Source: an uncultured Bacilli bacterium (lineage in GTDB: Bacteria; Bacillota_I; Bacilli_A; RF39; UBA660). Taken from it: 64,000 nucleotides of DNA. Position 1 is the stretch's first letter. Every line of letters begins with the position of its first letter. The stretch lies in the NCBI GenBank assembly GCA_947585595.1, contig CANPXB010000002.1, positions 6,841 to 70,840 of the forward strand, in the 5' to 3' direction. A program made the position numbers and the translations under genes. The notes beneath the pieces were generated by a model. The model made no database searches. It saw only the letters and a list, made by a program, of their open reading frames with translations, and was not told where the DNA came from. Positions 1 to 12,240 of the stretch are shown piece by piece.

Positions 1-938
1 TAAAAATTATTAAATTTAAACCCTTCATTTATCATTTTATATAATGTTGGTGTTCTATCTTTATCAACAGCTATTTCATTAAACCCTTCAGCTAAAATAA
101 ATATTAAGTTTTTCCCTTTAAACATTCCAGTATATTTAGTCTTATTACTGGCTTGTTGTTTACTCATATAATTATTAAGTGAATTAATAGTTTTATTATT
201 AGAACTTAATTTACTAAAATCAATATCTAATTCATTAAATCCATAATCTATCTCTCCTTCTGGTATCGAAGGAGTACTAATATTATTTTCTTCAACAACT
301 AATTTAGTTTCAAAACCAAATAATTGTCTTTTAATATCAACCTTAGTATAAGTAATTAAACCAAACTTATCAATTAAAGCTATTTGATCATCAATATTAA
401 AATATAATTCTTTAGTATATTTAGCATTATCATTAATTGGTACTAAAAGTAAATATGTTGATAAGTATGAAATTATTAACATAACAAATAAAGCTATAAT
501 ACTCTCTTTATGATATTTTCTTGTATCTAATAATTTATTAAATATAACACCTAATATAAATGGTAATAATATTAAAATAAAGCCATATAAATGAGATATA
601 ATTGCTTCTTTAATTATCGTCACAAAATCTAAAGCTTGATTAGCTAAACTTATTGTTGAAAAAGAAAATGGTACAGAAAATAAATTAAAGAATATATATT
701 GTATTTCAAAGTATACTGTAATAATAAATACTAATAATAAACTAATTATTTTATTAATCGTATTACCAAATAATTTACTAATTATTGTCAATAAAAAAAC
801 AAAAGGTATCATAAAGATAACTAAATAAATAAGATTACTATCTATAATATTTTTAGTCATAACCATTTTAATGATTAATTCTAAATATAATAGTGTTATA
901 AAAAAGTATATAAAAGGATGAATCTTTATTTTCTTCAT
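1..938 (-). CDS. LTA synthase/sulfatase-family membrane protein (partial, runs off window start)
   Basis: Not in ORF track. Read manually: ATG at 938 with GTGAGG RBS, MKKIKIHPFIYFF..., several TM helices, then 'GKNLIFILAEGF...RTPTLYKMINEGFKFNNF' typical of the LtaS-like sulfatase domain start. Confidence 0.8.
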   Translation of the reverse strand, partial: MKKIKIHPFIYFFITLLYLELIIKMVMTKNIIDSNLIYLVIFMIPFVFLLTIISKLFGNTINKIISLLLVFIITVYFEIQYIFFNLFSVPFSFSTISLANQALDFVTIIKEAIISHLYGFILILLPFILGVIFNKLLDTRKYHKESIIALFVMLIISYLSTYLLLVPINDNAKYTKELYFNIDDQIALIDKFGLITYTKVDIKRQLFGFETKLVVEENNISTPSIPEGEIDYGFNELDIDFSKLSSNNKTINSLNNYMSKQQASNKTKYTGMFKGKNLIFILAEGFNEIAVDKDRTPTLYKMINEGFKFNNF

Positions 939-1041
939 GTCCTCACTTCTTTCATAAACTTACGTTAGTTATTATACCACAAATTGCCATATATTATTTA
1001 TTTTAAACCCAAGAAAAAAAGATATTTACGTTATATCTTTT

Positions 1042-3207
1042 TTAGTTTTTAAGTAAAGTTAATTGTACTTTTTGTTTAGTTAAATCTATATTATCAACAT
1101 AACAAGTTATAATATCACCAACATGCAATATATCATTAGGATTCTTAACAAATGACTTACTCATTTTAGAAATATGAATTAAACCATCATCATGTAAGCC
1201 GATATCGACAAACGCTCCAAATGAAGCAACATTTCTAACTGTACCCTGTAGTTCCATTCCTACTTTTAAATCTTCAATATGTAAAACATCACTTTTTAGT
1301 ATTGGTGCTTCTAACTCATCACGTGGATCTAAACCAGGATTTAATAATTCTTTAATAATATCTTGAATTGTATAAATATCCGAATTTAATTCACTAGCTA
1401 ATTTAGATGCATTTTGTTTCTTTAATGTATCTTTAAATTCATCACTATTAATATCTTTAATATCTAAATTTAATTTTTTAAGTAGATTATTAGTTACTTC
1501 ATAACTTTCAGGGTGAATACCTGTTTTATCTAAAGGATTAGTTCCATCAGGTATACGTAAGAATCCTATTGATTGTTCATATACTTTATCAGTCATTCCT
1601 TTTATTTTTTTAATTTCTTCACGAGAAGTAATCTTCTTTTCTTCTTTGTATTTATATATATTATCTATAACTGATTTAGTTAAACCAGATACATATTTTA
1701 AAATACTTTTAGAAGCTGTATTAATATTAACTCCTACACTATTAACTACTTTAGAAGTTGTAAAATCTAATGCTTCACCTAATTGTTTTTGATTAACATC
1801 ATATTGGTATTCTCCTACCCCAATACTCTTCGGATCTATCTTAACTAATTCAGATAGTGGATCTTGTAAACGACGTCCAATTGATACGGCACTTCTTTTT
1901 TCGACAGCTAAATCAGGGAACTCTTCAATTGCTAACTTAGAAGCACTATATATTGAAGCCCCAGCTTCAGAAGTAATAATATACTTACAAGGTAATTTAT
2001 ATTCATTAATTAATTCAGCGCAGAACTTTTCTGATTCTCTTGAAGCCGTACCATTACCAATAGATATAATATCTACTTTATATTTATCAATTAAATTCTT
2101 AACAATAATCTTACTTTGTTCTATATATTTATCTTGATTACTACCATTTATAAAAGGTTTAATAACAGTTGAATCTAAATACTTACCTGAAGGATCAACT
2201 ACTGCTAACTTACATCCATTAACATACCCCGGATCAAAACCTAATACTGTCATACCTTTAATAGGTCTTGTTAAAAGTAAATGTTCTAAATTAGTACCAA
2301 AAGTTTCAATAGCTATTGTTTCCGCTTTCTCGGTTAATTCTGCTCTTATTTCTCTTTCAATACTAGGTAGTATTAATCTCTTTAAAGAATCCTTAATACT
2401 ATTCTTAACTAATTCAACAACAAAAGAATCTTTATTCTTTATTAATTTCCCTTCTAAATAAGACTCTATAGCGTCATTATCCATCTCAATGGATACAGTT
2501 AAGACTTTTTCACTTGCACCTCTATTTAGCGCTAAAACACGATAATGTTTAATATACTTAACACGATCACTAAACTCATAATACATTTCATAAACTTTAT
2601 TTGGATCTTCAGCATTCTTCTTTACTTTAGAAGTAATAACCCCATTACTGAATACATTATATCTAATCCATTTACGATAAGCTGCATTATCACTAATCCA
2701 TTCCGCAATAATATAACCTGCTCCTTCTAAAGCACTATTAGTATCCTTAACATTTTCATTAATAAACTTCTTCGCCATCTCTTCTAAAGAACCCGTAACT
2801 GGAAAAGCCATAATCATCTTTGCTAAAGGTTCTAAACCATTCTTAATAGCTTCCGAAGCTTTCGTCTTTTTCTTCTCTTTATATGGACGATATAAATCTT
2901 CTACTTCCGTTAACTTACTACATTTCATAATACTATCTTTAAGTTCCGGTGTTAATAAACCCTTTTCATCAATTAATCTTATTACATCTTCTTTTCTGTT
3001 TAAAAGATTCTCTTGATACTTATATTGTTCTTCAATAGCTCTTATTTGATCTTCATTTAAATTACCAGTTCTATCCTTACGATATCTAGCTATAAAAGGA
3101 ATCGTCGCCCCTTCACTTAACATACTTAATACTTCTTTTATTTGTTTTTCTTCTAATCCTAAAGAAGAAACTAAAAAACTTATTACTTCTTCCATCTTTA
3201 TCACCAA
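1042..3207 (-). CDS. tex: Tex family RNA-binding transcriptional accessory protein
   Basis: GATIPFIARYRKDRTG N-terminus, YqgF-like DPGYVNGCKLA, DPLSELVKIDPKSIGVGEYQ, C-terminal S1 domain. Confidence 0.96.
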   Translation of the reverse strand: MVIKMEEVISFLVSSLGLEEKQIKEVLSMLSEGATIPFIARYRKDRTGNLNEDQIRAIEEQYKYQENLLNRKEDVIRLIDEKGLLTPELKDSIMKCSKLTEVEDLYRPYKEKKKTKASEAIKNGLEPLAKMIMAFPVTGSLEEMAKKFINENVKDTNSALEGAGYIIAEWISDNAAYRKWIRYNVFSNGVITSKVKKNAEDPNKVYEMYYEFSDRVKYIKHYRVLALNRGASEKVLTVSIEMDNDAIESYLEGKLIKNKDSFVVELVKNSIKDSLKRLILPSIEREIRAELTEKAETIAIETFGTNLEHLLLTRPIKGMTVLGFDPGYVNGCKLAVVDPSGKYLDSTVIKPFINGSNQDKYIEQSKIIVKNLIDKYKVDIISIGNGTASRESEKFCAELINEYKLPCKYIITSEAGASIYSASKLAIEEFPDLAVEKRSAVSIGRRLQDPLSELVKIDPKSIGVGEYQYDVNQKQLGEALDFTTSKVVNSVGVNINTASKSILKYVSGLTKSVIDNIYKYKEEKKITSREEIKKIKGMTDKVYEQSIGFLRIPDGTNPLDKTGIHPESYEVTNNLLKKLNLDIKDINSDEFKDTLKKQNASKLASELNSDIYTIQDIIKELLNPGLDPRDELEAPILKSDVLHIEDLKVGMELQGTVRNVASFGAFVDIGLHDDGLIHISKMSKSFVKNPNDILHVGDIITCYVDNIDLTKQKVQLTLLKN

Positions 3208-3257
3208 TGTTTATTATATCTAAAATTATTATTTATTTCCATAGAAAAAAGAGAAAC

Positions 3258-4205
3258 TTAATTCTCTTGACTTTCTTTCTTTTTACTTATCTTTTTCTTA
3301 TGTTCACTAATTGTTTTATCTTCCATAATTGGTGCACTATTCGCCGATTCTTCTTTTAATTTATTAATCTCTATAACTCCTGTTTTTTCCATCTCTTCAT
3401 GATAATTCATTGCCATACCTATAACTAAGATATATGAAAGTAAATAAGTCCATAACATCAAAATAACAATATTAGCTAAACTACCATAGAAGATTGAATA
3501 ATTAGCATAATGAGCTATATAGTATGAATAAGCGGCCGTAACTAAAATCCAACCTATAGTAGTAAAAATAGCTCCCCCATTAACATTACGACTAGGTATC
3601 TTACGATCAGGTGCCATAGTATATATCATCTTAATAAATAAGAAAATAATTAACCAAGATAATGGACCACTTAAGAAATGTAATACTTTAACAACTATTG
3701 AAGTCGTCTCAGCATCTAAATTAAAATAATGTATTAAACTAATTAAACTCTGTCCTAATAATGGAAAGACTAAAATAAATAGAAACAAGATAACAATAAC
3801 TAATTCCATAATTATTGCTTTTAATCTTCTTTTAAAGAAACCAGAATCAGGTATATTATATATTGTATTAGAAGCTACTATTATTGAAGCCATACCATTA
3901 CTAGCAATAAAATAACCAATTCCTAAAGTAATAAAGAAGGTCGGTGTTATTTTAGTTGCCGTAATAATTGGTGTTACTAAGTTAGCAACATCTCCCCCTA
4001 ATACATTAGTAATTAAATTCTGTACTATATCATTAGATAATTTTAAATAAGAACAAGCATAACCAATTAAAGTTATTGTTGGAACCATTGATAAGAAGAT
4101 AAAGAAGGCAATTTGACCAGGTAAGATAAGCATTTCAGGGCGCCAGAAAGCTTCCCAAAATCTTTGAAAAAAGTTTTTACGATTCTTTCTTTTCATCTGA
4201 ACCAT
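3258..4205 (-). CDS. YihY/virulence factor BrkB family membrane protein
   Basis: QIAFFIFLSMVP and YSIFYGSLANIVILMLWTYL motifs, about 6 TM segments. Confidence 0.88.
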   Translation of the reverse strand: MVQMKRKNRKNFFQRFWEAFWRPEMLILPGQIAFFIFLSMVPTITLIGYACSYLKLSNDIVQNLITNVLGGDVANLVTPIITATKITPTFFITLGIGYFIASNGMASIIVASNTIYNIPDSGFFKRRLKAIIMELVIVILFLFILVFPLLGQSLISLIHYFNLDAETTSIVVKVLHFLSGPLSWLIIFLFIKMIYTMAPDRKIPSRNVNGGAIFTTIGWILVTAAYSYYIAHYANYSIFYGSLANIVILMLWTYLLSYILVIGMAMNYHEEMEKTGVIEINKLKEESANSAPIMEDKTISEHKKKISKKKESQEN

Positions 4206-6234
4206 CTTCTAATTCTTCTTTTTTCGTACGCATATCTTCTACTGATTCATTAATTGAATCTTCAATTGTCTTCATATCATTTAATATCATACTATAACCA
4301 ATAGCTGCTCCATATTCAAATGGTAAATTCTTAAATTCTTTATATAACTTTCTTATATAACTTACAACTTGTTTCTCTTGATAACCAACTAAATATATTA
4401 AGAATTCATTACCATCAGTTCTCATAATATCTGTATTATCTAATTGAGTCTTAATTAAAACATTAGCAGCTGCTTTTATCTGTGTATCCCCTTGTTCATA
4501 TCCTAATGTATCATTAATCTTTTGAACTTCATTTAAATCAATAATAATTGTTGCTTGTGGATAAATCGTATTCTTATTCCAACTATTAATATTTTCATTT
4601 AAATAATTACGATTCTTCAATGAAGTTAATTGATCTATATACTTCATCTTATCTTCTTTCTTAATCTTCTTCGCTATCTTAATTTGTTTAGTCGAACGAT
4701 AAGCTAAATAAAGAATAATAATAAAGACAACAATAACTATTACTGAATACTTCGCCACTTGACCCAATACAGTTCCAGAATTAACTGTATAAGTATGATT
4801 ATAAGTTCCTTTAACTATTACTTCATTAGGATCTAAAGTAGCAATATATCTACTAAATAATAAACTAAAGATATCATTTTCTTTAACATAGAAATTATAA
4901 GTATCAGATAAAGTATTACTATATCTAATAGTATATTCACTTAATAAAGACTTCTTATAATAATTAAATACTTCTTTATCCATTAAAAGTATTTCTTCAT
5001 TACGTACTGCCTTTTTAAGTTCTGATTCATTACTATAAGTCTTAACTTTAACATTACCAATACCTGAAATATACTTTTCTAATATACTATTAGCACTTAC
5101 ATAAACTTCATTATTACTTAAAGAAGTAACTGAATTTATAATTAAAGAATTTTGTTCTGGTGCTACTACAACAAAAGATAAATTCATTAGAGAATCAATA
5201 CTTTGATACTTTGTATCTAAATTATAATAATTATAAAATAAATCTACTTTATTATTAGCAATTGCTTCTGTAAATTTAGCAAAATTCTTATACTTAACCG
5301 GATTAATCTCAGTCTTACTAAAAGCAGTAAATCTCGCTAAATACTCACTAACTATTCCTCCATAAGAACCACTAATTAATACTTCATAAGGACTATTATT
5401 AATAAATCCATAAGTATATGATTTAGCTTGAATATTAGCTAATTCTTTATCAGAAATAGATAAAGCACTAGTAAAAGTTAATAATTCATTTTCATTAATG
5501 GATTCCTCTAATTCTTTCTCTTGATATGAAGAAAAAGTCTTCTTAACTATATCACTAAAAGTATCATTTTCTTTAACTCTAAATATCATATACTTATTTA
5601 AATCGCTAATATGATAATCTATAGAATAATTAGATGTTAATATAGATGTTAAATTTTCTTCTAAAGGTAATACTGCATAATCAATATTCTCTCCAGTTTC
5701 TAAAGCATTAAACAAATCTGTTGAAGTTTCATAAGCACTAACTGCTACATTATTTGTATCCGTTAAATATTTAGAAACTAATTTTTCATCTGTTGCTAAA
5801 ACTCCTAACTTACTATTAGATAATTGTGCTAAAGAACTAATATTTTGTTTTTCTTTACTAACAACTACATAATGTTCCGTATAAAATACAACATCACTAT
5901 CTAATGTATCATAAGTAATCATAAATGCTCTATCACTTACATCTTCACCAACATTATAAGTAATAGGATTTATATCAATGCCGTATTCTTCTTCAACATA
6001 ACCAATATAATCAAAGAATACTCCGGTTCCATTTTTACCAAATATATCTAAATTAACAGGAACATAGATATTTTGTACTTGATTAATATTCTGTGTAATC
6101 CATTCTTTCTCTTCTACAGTTAATTTATTTTCATCATTTAATATATTAAAAGTAATAATTCCTAAACTAGCAACAAATAAAATAACTAGTAAGACGATTA
6201 AGACTATTTTCTTATTCGATTTACCTTTTTTCAT
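4177..6234 (-). CDS. Membrane protein with extracellular solute-binding-like domains and degenerate GGDEF domain
   Basis: Two TM segments. C-terminal DQLTSLKNR, INDTLGYEQGD, and RTDGNEF in place of RxGGDEF. Confidence 0.85.
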   Translation of the reverse strand: MKKGKSNKKIVLIVLLVILFVASLGIITFNILNDENKLTVEEKEWITQNINQVQNIYVPVNLDIFGKNGTGVFFDYIGYVEEEYGIDINPITYNVGEDVSDRAFMITYDTLDSDVVFYTEHYVVVSKEKQNISSLAQLSNSKLGVLATDEKLVSKYLTDTNNVAVSAYETSTDLFNALETGENIDYAVLPLEENLTSILTSNYSIDYHISDLNKYMIFRVKENDTFSDIVKKTFSSYQEKELEESINENELLTFTSALSISDKELANIQAKSYTYGFINNSPYEVLISGSYGGIVSEYLARFTAFSKTEINPVKYKNFAKFTEAIANNKVDLFYNYYNLDTKYQSIDSLMNLSFVVVAPEQNSLIINSVTSLSNNEVYVSANSILEKYISGIGNVKVKTYSNESELKKAVRNEEILLMDKEVFNYYKKSLLSEYTIRYSNTLSDTYNFYVKENDIFSLLFSRYIATLDPNEVIVKGTYNHTYTVNSGTVLGQVAKYSVIVIVVFIIILYLAYRSTKQIKIAKKIKKEDKMKYIDQLTSLKNRNYLNENINSWNKNTIYPQATIIIDLNEVQKINDTLGYEQGDTQIKAAANVLIKTQLDNTDIMRTDGNEFLIYLVGYQEKQVVSYIRKLYKEFKNLPFEYGAAIGYSMILNDMKTIEDSINESVEDMRTKKEELEDGSDEKKES

Positions 6235-6237
6235 AAA

Positions 6238-6738
6238 CTATTCCTCATCAGTCGTCGAAGTCACTTCACGGTTATTATTCCATGATATTCCATTACCATT
6301 TCTATTATGTGCCCCAGATATTAAGAAACCATCACTTGTTTTAGTTGCATTTTTCTCTAAAGTAATATTAAAATCATAGAATCCTTGTTCATCTTCACTA
6401 AAACTTTCTAATGATTTAGCAGCTATACTTTCTGCTTCTTCTAAAGAACAATTGTCTTCATAAGTAACCTTAATATATATTATTCTTCCTTCTATTATTA
6501 AATCAGCTGTTTTAACTTTATCATTATTAGCTAAGTTATTTTCATAATCACTTATCTTAGCATCACTAATTTCATGTTCTTCAATACCATCTAAACGATC
6601 TCCATATTTATCAGTACCCTTACCAATATAGAAACATTGAATAAGTATTGTTGAAATTATTATCACACAAACTAATACAATTGCCATTAATATTGTAAAA
6701 ACACGATGTTCCCTATAAAACTTTTTTATTCTTTTCAT
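6238..6738 (-). CDS. Hypothetical membrane-anchored protein
   Basis: 166-aa ORF, N-terminal TM, GAGGTGG RBS. Confidence 0.75.
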   Translation of the reverse strand: MKRIKKFYREHRVFTILMAIVLVCVIIISTILIQCFYIGKGTDKYGDRLDGIEEHEISDAKISDYENNLANNDKVKTADLIIEGRIIYIKVTYEDNCSLEEAESIAAKSLESFSEDEQGFYDFNITLEKNATKTSDGFLISGAHNRNGNGISWNNNREVTSTTDEE

Positions 6739-6831
6739 TAGTATCCCACCTCTTTAATAGGTATTTAAATTATACTACATTATGACTTTATAAGCAATCC
6801 AACTAACCTCGATATTAGAGAAAAAAAGAAA

Positions 6832-9719
<2,888 letters not shown>

Positions 9720-9736
9720 TTTAAATCTCCTTTATC

Positions 9737-11827
9737 TTAAATCTTCTTAATACTTTTATGATTTTTCATCAATTTTTTAATTCCATAATTCTTCGCAAAA
9801 GCTACAGTTAAGAAATCTCCCTTAACTTCAATAACAACCCCTCTACCATATATCATATGCATAATAATATCGCCATCTTTAAATTCAACATCTTCATTAT
9901 TACGATATAATTCTTCTCGATTAATCTTTTCTTCATCAACCATCTTTTCATTTACTATATCTAATAAACTACTATCTATTTCTTTAATAAATCTACTAGG
10001 AGGATTAACTACATCTTTACCATATAACATCCTTCTTTTAGCATTAGTTATATATAACTTCTCTTTAGCTCTTGTAATTCCGACATAACATAGTCTTCTT
10101 TCTTCTTCAAGTCCTCCCTCTTCTGTAAATGAATTCTGATGAGGAAATATACCATCTTCCATACCAATTAAGAAAACTACTTCAAACTCTAAGCCTTTAG
10201 CACTATGTATCGTCATTAAAGTAACAACATCATTATCTTCTTCTTGATGTTCGGTAATATCAGCAATTAAACTAATTTCTTCTAAGAAATCTGCTAAATT
10301 AACTGAACCAGTTCTCTCTTCAAATGTCTTTGTAATAGATTTAAATTCTTCTAAGTTATCTAATCTTAATTCACTTTCTAAAGTATTATCATTTTGATAT
10401 TCTTCTCGCATCCCTGTTTCATCTAGAATAATATCAATTAACTCCGTTAATGAATGATTATCTGCTTCCTTAGTCAATTCTAAGATAAGTTCTTTAAATA
10501 ATTGTTCTTTACCCTTACTTATTACTTCAAACATTGAAGTATTCTTTTCCCTTGCTTCTTTTTCTAACTTTAATAAAGTAGCATCACCTATTCCTCTTTT
10601 AGGAACATTAATAACTCTTCTTAAACTAATTTCATCATCATTATTTAGTATTAACCTTAAATAACAAATCAAATCTTTAATTTCTTTACGCGAATAGAAA
10701 TAATAACTACCTACTACTTTATAAGGAACATTAGCTTTTAAAAACATTTCTTCAACTAAACGAGCTTGGGCATTAGTACGATATAATACCGCAATATTCT
10801 TCTTTTGATAACCTTCATCAACCAATCTTTTTATTTCATCTAAAACTAATTGTATTTCATGTTTATCATCATAAGCTCTTAAATACTTTGTCTTACTACC
10901 TTCTCCATTACTACTCCATAAGTTCTTTTCTTTTCTCTCTTTATTATTTCTAATAACTGAATTAGCTGTATCTAAGATATTCTTAGTTGAACGATAATTT
11001 TCTTCTAAAGGAATAACAACAGCATCTTTATAATCTTTTTCAAAATTTAATATATTTCTAAAATTAGCTCCTCTAAACATATATATAGATTGATCAGGAT
11101 CACCAACAATAAATATATTCTTATACTTTCTTGCTAATAACTTAGATAATTTATATTGTACTTCATTAGTATCTTGATACTCATCAATTAAAATATACTT
11201 AAATTTATCTTGATAACTTTCTAAGATATCTTTATTTTCCATAAATAATTTAACTGGTAATCTTAGTAAATCATCAAAATCAACGGAATTATTTTTACCT
11301 AAAATATCCATATATTCATAATATACTTTTTTAGCAACTTCATCTTGTGGTGTTTTAAACATTCTATCTATTTCATCATTAGTTAACATTTCATTTTTAA
11401 TTGTACTAATCTTATTTCTAATATAAGCAGGACTTGTTAATTTAGGATCATAATCATTATCTTTCATAATCTTTTTAATAATTGATAAAACATCATCACT
11501 ATCTACTATTGAAAAATTACGATCTAAACCTAAGATAGGAGCATTTTCTCTAATAATTCTTACTCCTAAAGAATGAAATGTTCCAACAAAAGCATTATTA
11601 TCAGGTAATAATTTATCAAGTCTTTCTCTCATTTCCCTCGCTGCTTTATTCGTAAAAGTAATGGCTAATATATTATAAGAAGGAATTCCTTTATCTATTA
11701 AATTAGCTATTCTAGTTGTTAAAACTCTTGTCTTACCACTACCAGCACCTGCTAATACTAAACAAGGCCCATCTATATGATTAACTGCTTCTAATTGTTT
11801 ATCATTAAGTCCATTTAAATAATTCAT
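9737..11827 (-). CDS. pcrA: ATP-dependent DNA helicase PcrA/UvrD
   Basis: AGAGSGKT, DEYQD, GDPDQSIY, TIHSAKGLEF, EERRLCYVGITRAK. Confidence 0.97.
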   Translation of the reverse strand: MNYLNGLNDKQLEAVNHIDGPCLVLAGAGSGKTRVLTTRIANLIDKGIPSYNILAITFTNKAAREMRERLDKLLPDNNAFVGTFHSLGVRIIRENAPILGLDRNFSIVDSDDVLSIIKKIMKDNDYDPKLTSPAYIRNKISTIKNEMLTNDEIDRMFKTPQDEVAKKVYYEYMDILGKNNSVDFDDLLRLPVKLFMENKDILESYQDKFKYILIDEYQDTNEVQYKLSKLLARKYKNIFIVGDPDQSIYMFRGANFRNILNFEKDYKDAVVIPLEENYRSTKNILDTANSVIRNNKERKEKNLWSSNGEGSKTKYLRAYDDKHEIQLVLDEIKRLVDEGYQKKNIAVLYRTNAQARLVEEMFLKANVPYKVVGSYYFYSRKEIKDLICYLRLILNNDDEISLRRVINVPKRGIGDATLLKLEKEAREKNTSMFEVISKGKEQLFKELILELTKEADNHSLTELIDIILDETGMREEYQNDNTLESELRLDNLEEFKSITKTFEERTGSVNLADFLEEISLIADITEHQEEDNDVVTLMTIHSAKGLEFEVVFLIGMEDGIFPHQNSFTEEGGLEEERRLCYVGITRAKEKLYITNAKRRMLYGKDVVNPPSRFIKEIDSSLLDIVNEKMVDEEKINREELYRNNEDVEFKDGDIIMHMIYGRGVVIEVKGDFLTVAFAKNYGIKKLMKNHKSIKKI

Positions 11828-11949
11828 GTTGCATCCTGCTTTCTTTTATTTATTATAACATGTCTCTATCTTTAATGATAGCTTTTTTATCATCAAAAAC
11901 GAACTTTTGTTTAGCAAATAAAGTAAAAGAAAAAAGGGTTAAAACCCTT

Positions 11950-12240
11950 TTATAGATATTCCATTATAGCTACATTTTTTTCTAATTTAGCAATTAAATC
12001 TTCTGTATCATATTTAGAAAAAATATCATCAAATGTCTTAGTATCAATCAAGAACATATTATAGAAACTAGCAAATGCATCAACATAATTAGTAATTCCT
12101 AAATTCTTTAAACAATTAATATTAGTTGCTACAACACTTTCATTCTTTTTAAGTTCTTCAATTACTTTTTCTGGTATATTTTTACTTAATACCTCTACTA
12201 CATCTTCAGGAAAACCTAAATTAACTAAATAATTCATCAA
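11950..12240 (-). CDS. Hypothetical protein
   Basis: 96-aa ORF overlapping the upstream stop by 4 nt, GGAGG RBS. Confidence 0.7.
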   Translation of the reverse strand: MMNYLVNLGFPEDVVEVLSKNIPEKVIEELKKNESVVATNINCLKNLGITNYVDAFASFYNMFLIDTKTFDDIFSKYDTEDLIAKLEKNVAIMEYL

